63,118 bases of DNA, filler included, from 6 parts of 6 records of this genome joined end to end with filler, not necessarily neighbours in it; one strand, 5' to 3'. Shown: positions 1 through 10,189, numbered from the whole stretch's first letter. The notes: generated from the sequence alone by a model not told the origin. A program made the numbers and translations.

Positions 1-4
1 AAAC

Positions 5-1354
5 ATGTGCGTTGGTGGTGTTACCCGTGAAGGTTATGATGCAACAAACGATCTGACTTACCTGCTCATGGATGCAGTCCGTCACGTTAAGATTTATCAG
101 CCTTCTCTGGCTACCCGTGTTCATAACAAGTCTCCCCATGAGTACCTGAAGAAGATCGTTGAAGTTATCCGTTCCGGTATGGGTTTCCCCGCAGTTCACT
201 TTGACGATGCTCATATCAAGATGATGCTCGCTAAAGGTGTGTCCATGGAAGATGCCCGCGACTACTGCCTGATGGGTTGTGTTGAACCCCAGAAAGCAGG
301 TCGTCTCTATCAGTGGACTTCTACTGCTTACACCCAGTGGCCTATCTGCATTGAGCTGGTTATGAACCACGGTGTGCCCCTTTGGTACGGCAAGCAGGTC
401 TGCCCGGATTTCGGTTCTCTGGAATCTTACGACACCTACGAAAAATTCGAAGCTGCCGTTAAGGAAATGATCAAGTACGTTACCAAATGGACCAGCGTTG
501 CAACTGTAATTTCCCAGCGCGTTCATAGGGATCATGCTCCTAAACCCCTCATGTCCCTTATGTACGAAGGCACCATGGAGTCCGGCCTTGACGTTTCCTC
601 CGGCGGCGCCATGTACAACTTCGGTCCCGGCGTTGTTTGGTCCGGTCTCGCCACTTACGCCGACTCCATGGCCGCCATTAAAAAGCTGGTTTACGATGAC
701 AAGAAGTACACCCTTGCTCAGATGAACGAAGCTCTCGTTGCTGAATTCAAAGGTCATGACCAGATCAAGGCAGATTGCCTCGCAGCACCCAAGTACGGCA
801 ACGATGATGACTACGCCGACATGATCGCTGCTGATCTCGTTCACTTCACCGAAACTGAGCACCGCAAGTACAAGACTTTGTACTCCGTACTCAGCCACGG
901 AACCTTGTCCATCTCCAACAACACCCCCTTCGGTCAGCTCCTCGGCGCATCCGCTAACGGACGTGACGCATGGATGCCTCTTTCCGATGGTATCAGCCCG
1001 ACTCAGGGTGCGGACTACAAAGGACCCACTGCGGTTATCAAGTCCGTTTCCAAGATGGCTAACGATCTGATGAACATCGGCATGGTTCACAACTTCAAGA
1101 TCATGTCCGGACTGCTCGACACCCCCGAAGGTGAAAACTCCATCATTACCCTGCTGCGTACTGCAAGTGCACTGGGTAACGGCGAAATGCAGTTCAACTA
1201 CCTTGATAACGCAACTCTTCTCGATGCTCAGAAGCACCCCGAGAAGTACCGTGACCTCGTTGTACGCGTAGCTGGTTACTCTGCATTCTTTGTAGAGCTC
1301 TGCAAAGACGTACAGGATGAAATCATCAGCCGTACCATGATGAATGAGATCTAA
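5..1354 (+). CDS. cutC: Choline trimethylamine-lyase (glycyl radical enzyme), 5'-truncated at the window start
   Basis: Catalytic Cys loop [19 protein letters not shown] and C-terminal glycyl-radical motif [24 protein letters not shown]; followed by an activase and BMC genes. Confidence 0.93.
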   Translation: MCVGGVTREGYDATNDLTYLLMDAVRHVKIYQPSLATRVHNKSPHEYLKKIVEVIRSGMGFPAVHFDDAHIKMMLAKGVSMEDARDYCLMGCVEPQKAGRLYQWTSTAYTQWPICIELVMNHGVPLWYGKQVCPDFGSLESYDTYEKFEAAVKEMIKYVTKWTSVATVISQRVHRDHAPKPLMSLMYEGTMESGLDVSSGGAMYNFGPGVVWSGLATYADSMAAIKKLVYDDKKYTLAQMNEALVAEFKGHDQIKADCLAAPKYGNDDDYADMIAADLVHFTETEHRKYKTLYSVLSHGTLSISNNTPFGQLLGASANGRDAWMPLSDGISPTQGADYKGPTAVIKSVSKMANDLMNIGMVHNFKIMSGLLDTPEGENSIITLLRTASALGNGEMQFNYLDNATLLDAQKHPEKYRDLVVRVAGYSAFFVELCKDVQDEIISRTMMNEI

Positions 1355-1421
1355 GATCCATTACTGATTGAATTAAAGTCCCTCGGGATTCGAAGTAACA
1401 ACGCAGCAAGAGATAAGCACC

Positions 1422-2351
1422 GTGATTGAAAGAAAAGCACAGATATTCAACGTACAGAAATATAATATGCATGACGGTCCGGGAGTGAGAACTCTCGTCT
1501 TCTTCCAGGGGTGCCCCCTGCGCTGTGAATGGTGCTCGAATCCCGAGGGACAGTATAAAAGATACGAGATCCTTTATAAAAAGGATCAGTGTATAAATTG
1601 CGGAGCATGTGTTTCCGTCTGTCCCGCCGGCGTTCATAAAATGGACGCGGCAGGAAAACATTTCATCGATCGCGATGTAGAGTGCGTGGGCTGCCGCGAA
1701 TGTGAAAAAGCCTGTCTGCAAAGCGCTTTGGCAATCGTCGGTGAAATTAAGACCATTTCCGAACTGGTCGAGATTATCGAACAAGACCGCCCTTTTTACG
1801 AAACTTCCGGTGGCGGAGTAACTCTCGGCGGCGGTGAAGTTCTTGCTCAGCCTGAAGCTGCAGCAAGTCTGCTTCAGACATGCAAGCAGCGTGGCATCAA
1901 CACCGCAATTGAAACCTGTGGCTATGCTCGTCCTGAAGTTATCGAGAAGGTGGCACCCTTCGTTGATCTCTTCCTTTTTGACGTCAAGCATATGAATTCC
2001 GAGCGTCACCGCGAAATTACCGGGGTGCGCAATGAGATGATTCTCCAGAATCTGATCTGGCTCCTTGAGAACAGGTACAACGTCAAGATCAGGATGCCGA
2101 TGCTCAAGGGTGTTAATGACGGCGAAGAGGAGATCCTGCAGTTGGTTGAGCTGCTCAAGCCCTATCAGGATCATAAAAATTTCAAAGGGGTGGATCTGCT
2201 TCCCTACCACAAGATGGGCGTTAACAAATACACCCAGCTTGGTTGGGAATACCCGGTGGAAGGTGACCCCAAATTGAGCAATGCCGATCTCGAACGTATT
2301 GAACAGGCCATCAGCAAATACAATTTTCCGGTCTCAGTGGTCAGACACTAA
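1422..2351 (+). CDS. cutD: Choline TMA-lyase activating enzyme (radical SAM)
   Basis: HDGPGVRT, GCPLRCEWCSNPE (CxxxCxxC) and two ferredoxin-type CxxCxxCxxxC motifs; directly after cutC; GTG start. Confidence 0.93.
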   Translation: MIERKAQIFNVQKYNMHDGPGVRTLVFFQGCPLRCEWCSNPEGQYKRYEILYKKDQCINCGACVSVCPAGVHKMDAAGKHFIDRDVECVGCRECEKACLQSALAIVGEIKTISELVEIIEQDRPFYETSGGGVTLGGGEVLAQPEAAASLLQTCKQRGINTAIETCGYARPEVIEKVAPFVDLFLFDVKHMNSERHREITGVRNEMILQNLIWLLENRYNVKIRMPMLKGVNDGEEEILQLVELLKPYQDHKNFKGVDLLPYHKMGVNKYTQLGWEYPVEGDPKLSNADLERIEQAISKYNFPVSVVRH

Positions 2352-2381
2352 GCCCGATCAATGAAAAGGGAGAACATAACT

Positions 2382-3014
2382 ATGGATGCACTTGGATTCA
2401 TTGAAACAAAAGGGCTGCTGGCTGCCATTGAAGGCGCTGACGCAATGCTCAAGGCCGCAGCTGTGAACCTGCTGGAAAAGAATATTTCCGGTGGCGGGTT
2501 GGTGACTATCACCGTCTCCGGTGAAGTCTCTGCTGTACAGGCTTCTGTTGAAGCAGGCACTGCCGCCATTAGCCGCATCGAAGGTTCGCAGCTGGTTTCC
2601 AGCCACGTTATTGCCCGTCCTTATGATGAAATCAGCAAGATTATCGCAACCAGCGTTCCGGTTGCGGAAATAAAAGAAATTTCACGGGAAGTAGCACAAT
2701 CGCCCGCTTCTGCGGATGAGCAGGTCGAGCCTGCTCCTGCAGAAGAAAAAGTCGAAGCAGAGGAAACTCCGAAAGAGGAATCCGAAGCCCCGGCAGTGCA
2801 GGAGTCCGTAGCTGAAGCTCCGGCAGCTCCTAAAGTAAAGGAAGCTGGCCCGCAGTATAAGGCCGCGGAACTCAGGAAAATGAAAATCAGTAAGGTTCGG
2901 CAGATTGCCAGAAACTTGGAAAGCCTTTCCTTGACTAATGAAGAGATCAAGAAAGCTACCAAGAAGACCCTTATTGACGCGATTATAAATGTTACCAGGC
3001 AGATAGAGGAGTAA
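2382..3014 (+). CDS. BMC-H shell protein with a long Ala/Glu/Pro linker and a basic C-terminal domain
   Basis: MDALGFIETKGLLAAIEGADAMLKAA...SHVIARP BMC domain; GGGAG ribosome-binding site before ATG 2382. Confidence 0.9.
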   Translation: MDALGFIETKGLLAAIEGADAMLKAAAVNLLEKNISGGGLVTITVSGEVSAVQASVEAGTAAISRIEGSQLVSSHVIARPYDEISKIIATSVPVAEIKEISREVAQSPASADEQVEPAPAEEKVEAEETPKEESEAPAVQESVAEAPAAPKVKEAGPQYKAAELRKMKISKVRQIARNLESLSLTNEEIKKATKKTLIDAIINVTRQIEE

Positions 3015-3018
3015 TCCA

Positions 3019-4464
3019 ATGGTAGACAAGGATTTATTGTCCATTCAAGAAGCTCGTTCACTGGTTCGTGCCGCTAAAACAGCACAGGCTGATCTGGTGG
3101 AAATGACTCAGGAACAGGTTGACGGCATTGTAAAGGCTATTTCCGAAGCAGCCTACGCTCAGGCGGAATCCCTTGCAGCACTTGCTGTTGAAGAGACCGG
3201 TTTCGGTAAGGTTCAAGACAAGAAGACCAAAAACGTTCTTGCAAGTCAGAGCCTTTATGAAGCCATCAAAGATATGAAGACCATCGGTGTGCTTTGCGAC
3301 GACAAGGAAAAGAAGATTGTCGAGATCGCCGTTCCCATGGGTGTTATTGCAGGGATCGTTCCCTCCACCAACCCCACGTCTACGACTATCTACAAATCCA
3401 TGATTGCCTTGAAGTCCGGGAACGCAATTGTGTTCACCCCGCACCCCAGCGCAAAGAAATGCATCGGCAAGACTGTTGAAATTATCCGTTCCGTACTGCA
3501 CGACTGCGGCGTAAGTGAAGATCTGGTCAGCGTAATGAGCGTGCCCACCATTCAGGGTAGTGGCGAACTCATGAAAGTTTCCGATCTCATTCTCGCAACC
3601 GGCGGCCCGGGCATGGTCAAGGCTGCATACAGCTCCGGTACCCCCGCTCTCGGCGTAGGTGCTGGTAACGTTCCCGCCTACATTGAAAGATCCGCTGACA
3701 TCAAAGATGCGGTCACCAAGATTTTTGCAAGTAAGACTTTTGATAACGGAACCGTCTGCGCATCCGAGCAGTCCATTATCACTGAGTCCTGCATTGCCGA
3801 GCAGGTCAAAGCTGAAGTTATCGCTCAGGGCGGTTACTTCCTTTACGGCGAAGACCTGACCAAGGTTAAAGCTGTCATGGAACGCGGCAACGGTTCCATG
3901 AACCCCGCAATCGTGGGCCGCGATGCCTGCTACATTGCTAAACTGGCCGGAATCTCCGTGCCTGCCGGAACCCGCCTGCTCGTCTCTGATGAAAAAGGTG
4001 TCGGTCACAAGTATCCTTTCTCTAAGGAAAAACTTACCGCGCTGCTCGGTTTCTACGTTGTTGAAGATTGGAAAGGTGCTTGCGAGATGTGTCACGCGCT
4101 GCTCGAGAACGGCGGCATTGGTCACTCCCTGTCCATCCACTCCAAGAATGAAGAAGTTATCCGTGAATTCGGTATGAAGAAGCCTGTTTCCAGAATGCTG
4201 GTTAACACTCCGTCCACCCACGGTGCTGTAGGCCTCACTACTTCTCTCTTCCCCTCCTTTACTCTTGGTTGCGGTACTGTAGGCGGAAGCTCCACTTCTG
4301 ATAACGTAACTCCGCTCAATCTCATGAACGTGAGAAGAATGGCTTACGATCTTGGAAACGTATCTTGTGAATCCGCTCCTGCGGCTCATGCATCCGATTC
4401 CGATTCCATCGATGTTCAGGCAATCACCGCCATGATCGTCGAACAGCTTAAGCAGATGGTATAG
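3019..4464 (+). CDS. cutF: CoA-acylating acetaldehyde dehydrogenase (EutE/PduP/CutF type)
   Basis: [44 protein letters not shown] motifs; C-terminal amphipathic helix [18 protein letters not shown] resembles an encapsulation peptide. Confidence 0.88.
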   Translation: MVDKDLLSIQEARSLVRAAKTAQADLVEMTQEQVDGIVKAISEAAYAQAESLAALAVEETGFGKVQDKKTKNVLASQSLYEAIKDMKTIGVLCDDKEKKIVEIAVPMGVIAGIVPSTNPTSTTIYKSMIALKSGNAIVFTPHPSAKKCIGKTVEIIRSVLHDCGVSEDLVSVMSVPTIQGSGELMKVSDLILATGGPGMVKAAYSSGTPALGVGAGNVPAYIERSADIKDAVTKIFASKTFDNGTVCASEQSIITESCIAEQVKAEVIAQGGYFLYGEDLTKVKAVMERGNGSMNPAIVGRDACYIAKLAGISVPAGTRLLVSDEKGVGHKYPFSKEKLTALLGFYVVEDWKGACEMCHALLENGGIGHSLSIHSKNEEVIREFGMKKPVSRMLVNTPSTHGAVGLTTSLFPSFTLGCGTVGGSSTSDNVTPLNLMNVRRMAYDLGNVSCESAPAAHASDSDSIDVQAITAMIVEQLKQMV

Positions 4465-4567
4465 CCGGAAGTAAAAACTTCCCGCTCTAAATAAAAAGCG
4501 ATTCCCGTACAGGGAATAGAGGGTGGCCCCTTCCGGGGCCGATAAATCAATTTAAAGGAGAACAAAA

Positions 4568-4852
4568 ATGTCCTCATTGAACGCACTGGGTATGATTGAA
4601 ACCAAAGGTCTCGTTGGCGCAGTTGAAGCCGCTGACGCAATGGTAAAAGCAGCAAACGTAACTCTGGTCGGTAAGACTCAGGTTGGCGGCGGTCTCGTAA
4701 CCGTTATGGTTCGCGGCGATGTTGGTGCTGTTAAAGCAGCAACCGACGCTGGCGCAGCTGCTGCACAGAACGTTGGTGAACTCATCAGCGTACACGTTAT
4801 CCCCCGCCCCCACGGCGAAGTTGAAATCATCCTTCCTAAAGCTGAAGGTTAA
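4568..4852 (+). CDS. BMC-H shell protein (EutM/PduA family)
   Basis: [26 protein letters not shown]...[11 protein letters not shown]...HVIPRPH; AAGGAG ribosome-binding site. Confidence 0.95.
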   Translation: MSSLNALGMIETKGLVGAVEAADAMVKAANVTLVGKTQVGGGLVTVMVRGDVGAVKAATDAGAAAAQNVGELISVHVIPRPHGEVEIILPKAEG

Positions 4853-4889
4853 TTAAGCTTGAGTGCCACCGGTTCGCCGGAGGCATCAG

Positions 4890-4935
4890 GGCCGGGGAGG
4901 GAGATTCCGCCCGCATAGAATCACCTTCCCCGGCC
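4890..4935 (+). other. GC-rich stem-loop (about 18 bp) downstream of the BMC-H gene
   Basis: GGCCGGGGAGGGAGATTC / GAATCACCTTCCCCGGCC inverted repeat with one mismatch and one G-U pair; no U-tract. Confidence 0.65.
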
Positions 4936-5004
4936 GTAATAAAGAGGGCCGTACCGCGCTAAGCGCGATACCTGATCAGAACGGTAAATATTTTTCACAT
5001 AGAA

Positions 5005-5676
5005 ATGAGCATGAACGAACAAGCCATTAATAATATCATGGAAGGGGTCATCAAAGGCGTAATCGAGCAGTTGAAGACCGAAGCTCCGCATGTTTCCGTA
5101 TCTACCGGAGCAAGCGAACCCATCCCCGTAGAACTTTCCGCCCGCCACGTTCACCTCAGCGAGCAGGACGCCCTTGAACTTTTCGGTAAATCCCTGACTC
5201 CTGTTCGTGAACTTTCCCAGCCGGGACAGTTTCTCTGCGAAGAGCGCGTGCGTCTTATCGGTCCCAAAGGCGTCATGGACAACGTTGCTGTACTCGGACC
5301 TGCACGGTCTGCTTCTCAGGTAGAAATTTCCAATACCGAAGCGCGTACTCTCGGCATTAAAGCACCGGTTCGTCAGTCCGGTGATGTTGCTGGAACTCCC
5401 GGCATCATCCTCGCTTCCCAGACTGGAATCGTCGGTCTTGAAGAAGGCGTTATCGTGGCAGCACGTCACATCCATATGACTCCTGAAGACGGTGACAAGT
5501 TCGGTGTGAAAGACAATGACCGCGTCAGCGTCCGTCTTGAAAGCGAACGTCCGGTTATTCTCGAAGACGTGGTTTGCCGCGTTAATCCCGAGTTTAAGCT
5601 GGCTATGCACATCGATCCTGATGAAGGCAACAGTGCAGGCTGGAACAAGTCTGTTACTGGTAAGATTGTAAGATAA
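5005..5676 (+). CDS. pduL: PduL-type phosphotransacylase
   Basis: SARHVHLS, LSQPGQF, VLGPAR, VAARHIHM, AMHIDPDEGN motifs; N-terminal helix resembling an encapsulation peptide. Confidence 0.92.
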   Translation: MSMNEQAINNIMEGVIKGVIEQLKTEAPHVSVSTGASEPIPVELSARHVHLSEQDALELFGKSLTPVRELSQPGQFLCEERVRLIGPKGVMDNVAVLGPARSASQVEISNTEARTLGIKAPVRQSGDVAGTPGIILASQTGIVGLEEGVIVAARHIHMTPEDGDKFGVKDNDRVSVRLESERPVILEDVVCRVNPEFKLAMHIDPDEGNSAGWNKSVTGKIVR

Positions 5677-5724
5677 GGATTTGAGGCGCTTCGCGCTTTG
5701 ATGAAAATATTTCGCCTCCGGCGG

Positions 5725-5824
5725 NNNNNNNNNNNNNNNNNNNNNNNNNNNNNNNNNNNNNNNNNNNNTTAATTAATTAANNNNNNNNNNNNNNNNNNNN
5801 NNNNNNNNNNNNNNNNNNNNNNNN
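5725..5824. other. Artificial contig spacer
   Basis: N44-TTAATTAATTAA-N44 (stop codons in all six frames); abrupt composition change across it. Confidence 0.98.
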
Positions 5825-5910
5825 ACATTGTCCTTTTGTATATTTTGGACATGCACCACAGTAAAATCCACAATAGGAAATCAGCTCGCTATTAGGTTGT
5901 TCCATTGTTT

Positions 5911-6636
5911 TTATTTCTTCGTTTTTTTGAATTTTGCTTTGGCGTCTTTATCCATTTTCTCTGTGGCGTATTGAACGATTTTTCGGCCGCATCTGTCTTT
6001 CCATTTTAAAAGGAACGCTTCTGCTATGTCCGGTTGTTTTTTCCATATTTCACGAAGCAATGTGCCCAAACCCTTTTGCACATCCTCTTCCTCATCTTCC
6101 ATTAAATGCTCAATTACAGCGAGTATTGGTTCTGGTTTGTGTCCTTTTTTATAGGTTTCAACAAATGTAACGGGAACCGCTCTCCTTTTCCATTTTGACT
6201 CAGAAGTCGTCCAGGATATGAAGTCGTTGGGTTGTATGATATCATCAAAAACAAACTCACATAAAACCAGCATACACAATACATCTGTGTTAGCCCAGTT
6301 TTGTATACCATTTTCTAACCATTTGCCAATTCTTTCAAAGGTCTTGGGTGTGAATTCCTCCTTTTTCGATTTGATAAACTCGGTCGCGCAATGGGCTTCT
6401 TCGTATTTGCCGGTTGACACAAGCATATCGCCAAAATCCAGATAATCTGCAATGGTCATATCATTTTCCCATGCGGCAAGCCATTTTTTTCGTTGAGCTA
6501 TAGATTTGTCTTTGTCAATACCATAGGCATCCAGACCTTCTTTGAAATATCGGGATAGCTTTTTTACTTCATTCTCATCGGCATTTTTGGTGTAAAAATC
6601 GATGACTTCCTTATGCTTTAATGCTAGTTTATTCAT
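5911..6636 (-). CDS. AlkD-like HEAT-repeat DNA alkylation repair family protein
   Basis: NWANTD, W..SESKWKRRA and DEEEDVQKGLGTLLREIWK patterns typical of the DNA_alkylation family. Confidence 0.75.
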   Translation of the reverse strand: MNKLALKHKEVIDFYTKNADENEVKKLSRYFKEGLDAYGIDKDKSIAQRKKWLAAWENDMTIADYLDFGDMLVSTGKYEEAHCATEFIKSKKEEFTPKTFERIGKWLENGIQNWANTDVLCMLVLCEFVFDDIIQPNDFISWTTSESKWKRRAVPVTFVETYKKGHKPEPILAVIEHLMEDEEEDVQKGLGTLLREIWKKQPDIAEAFLLKWKDRCGRKIVQYATEKMDKDAKAKFKKTKK

Positions 6637-6697
6637 GATGCTATTTTTATTTCAAATGTAGTCAATGCCCGAATAAAAAAATTGTAGAAAATGGACT

Positions 6698-7480
6698 TTA
6701 TTTCAAAGCGTTGAAAAAAGCTTTGGGTGTAAGATCTGTCAGGCTTTTAAAATCATGAATGAAATGAGATTGATCGTAATACCCATTTTCAAAAGCTAAT
6801 TGAGACATGCTTGCGCTTGTATGCTTTCTTTTCATTTGCATGACATTTTGAAACCTCACAATGCTTGCAAACTTTTTGGGGTTGACACCCACATATTTTG
6901 AAAAAGTTCGCTCAAATTGTTTTATTCCCAGGCACACCTTATCTGCAATATCTTGCACCGAGACTTGCCCATTAGCATGCTCAATCATTTTTATGGCATG
7001 GTCAACGCGTTCAAATTCACGATTTTGAATAAGTCTGTTAAGCAAAAAGTTTTCTAAATGGGCAATTCTTTGTCTGTTATTTTGAGCGCTAAACAGTTTG
7101 TCTTCAAGCTCAACAGCTTCTTTATTAGTCAGGTCCTGAAGTGAAAGGTTTTGGTTTAGTAATTCCGTAATTGGAAAATTGAAAAAGGCCTTTACACCAT
7201 GGGATCTGAAAACAATAAGAACCATGCCTGTTTTGCCAGACAATGACACATCATAATAATTGGTTTGTTGCCCACAAATAACCAGGTTTGATTCAATGTA
7301 TTGGCTTGCATTCTTTTGCTGAAAGGAGGATGGAGCTCCATAATGAAAAACCATTGTAGCATATCCACACGGATAAACTCTTTCCTTAGGCAAAAAGTCA
7401 ATGGATTGATCTATTTCTACAACACAATAGTTTTTGATGTATTTGCTCAAAATCTCTATGGGTTCAATAAAATCAATCAT
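6698..7480 (-). CDS. AraC-family transcriptional regulator
   Basis: C-terminal double HTH: KQFERTFSKYVGVNPK...LAFENGYYDQSHFIHDFKSLTDLTP. Confidence 0.9.
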   Translation of the reverse strand: MIDFIEPIEILSKYIKNYCVVEIDQSIDFLPKERVYPCGYATMVFHYGAPSSFQQKNASQYIESNLVICGQQTNYYDVSLSGKTGMVLIVFRSHGVKAFFNFPITELLNQNLSLQDLTNKEAVELEDKLFSAQNNRQRIAHLENFLLNRLIQNREFERVDHAIKMIEHANGQVSVQDIADKVCLGIKQFERTFSKYVGVNPKKFASIVRFQNVMQMKRKHTSASMSQLAFENGYYDQSHFIHDFKSLTDLTPKAFFNALK

Positions 7481-7718
7481 TCTGTTTTATGTGATTGGGT
7501 TAGCGTTATACAAACCTAGCCTATTTGAGCGTGTAAGGTATACTTTTACAGACCTCTCATGCTGCACCAAATTTACAATTTACAATCCAAGATATCGAAA
7601 ACTACGCATGAAATATGCTGTGATAGCCAAAGATTTATGGTAACTTGCATAGATATGGAAGCCCATTCAAAATATTTTGAAATGTAGCGTTCTATAAATG
7701 TATAACCTAAAAACAACA

Positions 7719-7859
7719 ATGATGTATAAAACAGGAGACAAGCCCGGAAAAGGCAATTACCGATGTCTGCAATGCGGAAAAATCATCACTTTAGACGATG
7801 AAAACGACACCTTACCCACATGCCCACTATGCCATGCCACTGATTGGACTAAAGTATAG
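7719..7859 (+). CDS. Small zinc-ribbon protein (46 aa), absent from the ORF track
   Basis: Own translation: MMYKTGDKPGKGNYRCLQCGKIITLDDENDTLPTCPLCHATDWTKV*; two CxxC pairs; A-rich leader. Confidence 0.8.
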   Translation: MMYKTGDKPGKGNYRCLQCGKIITLDDENDTLPTCPLCHATDWTKV

Positions 7860-8053
7860 CAGCAGCGGTTAAAAGAAATTGAAGAAAATATTTTTTAGCA
7901 GTGGATTTATTCAATCTACGTAACCTAACAGGTTTTGGGAACCTGTTGGGCATTCTTTTGTCCAAACAAACCGCACATTGCCTTTTGTTGAATGGGATGA
8001 AATAGCTACTTTTAAACTTTAAAAATAGCGACAAGAAATTAGATAATAAATTA

Positions 8054-10189
8054 ATGACAAACGAACAGTTAAAGAAACTAGAGAGCGATTTATGGGATTC
8101 GGCGAATGCTTTGAGGGCGTATGGTGGATTAAAAGCTTCAGATTATGCCGTTCCTGTGTTGGGATTGATATTTTTACGGTTTGCCGAAAATAAATATAGT
8201 CAACACGAGAAGGAGATTTTAAAATTATACCAAAAAGATAAAGGGACAAGAGCTGAAAAAACTATACAGCAAGTTGCACTTTCAAAATGTGGTTTTTACT
8301 TACCTGATAATGCACGTTACGAACATCTCTTAAAGCTTCCTGGAGATAAAAGTATGGCCAAAGCGTTAAAAGAGGCAATGGAAGGAATTGAAGAGTTTCA
8401 GGATGATAAGTTCAAGGATGTATTGCCAAAAGATGTTTATTTCGATATTGAAAAAAAGAAGAACGACATTCTGCCACAACTATTGAAAACATTTTCTGAT
8501 ATTCCAAAAGACGCGGATACCGATATTTTTGGGAAAATTTATGAGTATTTCCTGAGCAAATTTGCGTTGAGCGAAGGACAAAAGGGTGGAGAATTCTTTA
8601 CGCCAACTTCTGTTGTACGGTTTATTGTTGAAGTGATAGAACCTTTTAATGGAAAAATATATGACCCTGCATGTGGTTCAGGTGGTATGTTTGTACAATC
8701 GGCTGATTTTGTTAAACACGAAAACCATAAGGTAGAAGATATTTATGTGTATGGACAGGAGTATATGGGCGAAACGGTACGACTAGCCAAGATGAACCTG
8801 ATGGTAAACAATATCCGGGGCGAGATTAAAGAGGTTAATTCCTACGAAAGTGATCCACACAATAGCTTTGAGAAGTTTGATTTTGTGATGGCCAATCCTC
8901 CTTTTAATGTAAAAAGCGTAAAAGAGGGAACTGTAAAGGATGATGTGCGCTTTAACACCTACGGATTACCAAAAAATAAAGGCAAAAAAGATGATAAAAT
9001 AACAGATGCCAATTACCTCTGGATTTCACTCTTTGCTACTTCGCTAAATAAAACTGGAAGAGCCGGATTTGTAATGCCCAACTCTGCCAGCGATGCCCGC
9101 AATTCAGAATATTTAATTCGCCGTAAAATTGTGGATAGCGGTATTGTAGATTGCATGGTAAGTATGCCAAGTAATATGTTTTTTACAGTAACCCTGCCGG
9201 CCACACTTTGGTTTTTGGACAAAAACAAACCCAATACAAAGCGAAAAAATAAAATTCTCTTTCTCGATGCCCGCAACGTGTTTACACAAATAGACCGTGC
9301 GCACCGGGAGTGGAATGAAGAACAAATAAAGAATTTATCGGTGATTGTACAATTGTACAGAGGCGAAAACCAACGCTATGTAGCACTTGTACACAGTTAT
9401 ATTCAAAGTACCGTTAAAGCTGGCAACAAGGTTGAAAAAGCTGAATTGGAGTTGGATAAGTCCATTACAAAACTTTATAAAAGTTTGGTGGCGTATATGA
9501 AGGAGACTGAAAAAGAAAAACGCACACCTACAAAAAAGCAAAACTTGGAAGAGGCAGATTTTTACGCTAAGTTGCAGCAATTTGAAAGAACCAAAGCCCA
9601 AATTTGTGAAACCAAATTAGAGGAGTTGACTTTTTCATTGGAAAACACGCCTTTAAAAAATGAAGCACAGCACAAAGCTGCACAACACCTGAAAAAGAGC
9701 GTAGACCAACACAAATTCAATTTGGAAGCACTTAAAAAAGATGTGGATACACTCACAGAGCTTTGGAAGCTGGCCGATAAAAATGCCAGGCTTAAAACAG
9801 ATAAAGTTTGGGTAAAACATGAGTTGAACCGCGGAGATAAAAACCTTGAAACGGTTTTTGAAACTTACTCAAAAGCAATTTCCGACGAAATTTATTGGTG
9901 CGAAAATATCCATTGGTTACAAAAACGTTTCCCAAATGCAGAATATTCAGATGTGGTTGGTTTATGCAAGATAGCCGATAAAACAGAATATGTAGATGAG
10001 CAAGACTATTCTTTGAATGCAGGAAGGTATGTTGGGGTTGAGTTAGAAGAAGTGGCAATGTCCAAAGAAGAGTTTAAACAATTAATTCTTGAAAGAAATT
10101 ATAAATTTCAGGAGTTAACAAAAGAAAGTAAGTTATTGGAAGGTATAATTATTAATAATATTAAAGGATTATTTGATAATGCTGAATAA
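8054..10189 (+). CDS. hsdM: Type I R-M methyltransferase subunit with a long helical insertion
   Basis: LWDSANALR N-terminus, GKIYEYFL, GEFFTP, DPACGSGGM (motif I), NPPF (motif IV), YSLNAGRYVG. Confidence 0.95.
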   Translation: MTNEQLKKLESDLWDSANALRAYGGLKASDYAVPVLGLIFLRFAENKYSQHEKEILKLYQKDKGTRAEKTIQQVALSKCGFYLPDNARYEHLLKLPGDKSMAKALKEAMEGIEEFQDDKFKDVLPKDVYFDIEKKKNDILPQLLKTFSDIPKDADTDIFGKIYEYFLSKFALSEGQKGGEFFTPTSVVRFIVEVIEPFNGKIYDPACGSGGMFVQSADFVKHENHKVEDIYVYGQEYMGETVRLAKMNLMVNNIRGEIKEVNSYESDPHNSFEKFDFVMANPPFNVKSVKEGTVKDDVRFNTYGLPKNKGKKDDKITDANYLWISLFATSLNKTGRAGFVMPNSASDARNSEYLIRRKIVDSGIVDCMVSMPSNMFFTVTLPATLWFLDKNKPNTKRKNKILFLDARNVFTQIDRAHREWNEEQIKNLSVIVQLYRGENQRYVALVHSYIQSTVKAGNKVEKAELELDKSITKLYKSLVAYMKETEKEKRTPTKKQNLEEADFYAKLQQFERTKAQICETKLEELTFSLENTPLKNEAQHKAAQHLKKSVDQHKFNLEALKKDVDTLTELWKLADKNARLKTDKVWVKHELNRGDKNLETVFETYSKAISDEIYWCENIHWLQKRFPNAEYSDVVGLCKIADKTEYVDEQDYSLNAGRYVGVELEEVAMSKEEFKQLILERNYKFQELTKESKLLEGIIINNIKGLFDNAE

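Noticed and set aside
3058-4389. 443-aa minus-strand ORF, and other long antisense ORFs such as 1326-2210, 4921-5610, 22785-23591 and 57638-58663
   Set aside because: Shadow frames opposite well-supported genes with biased codon usage; no recognisable motifs
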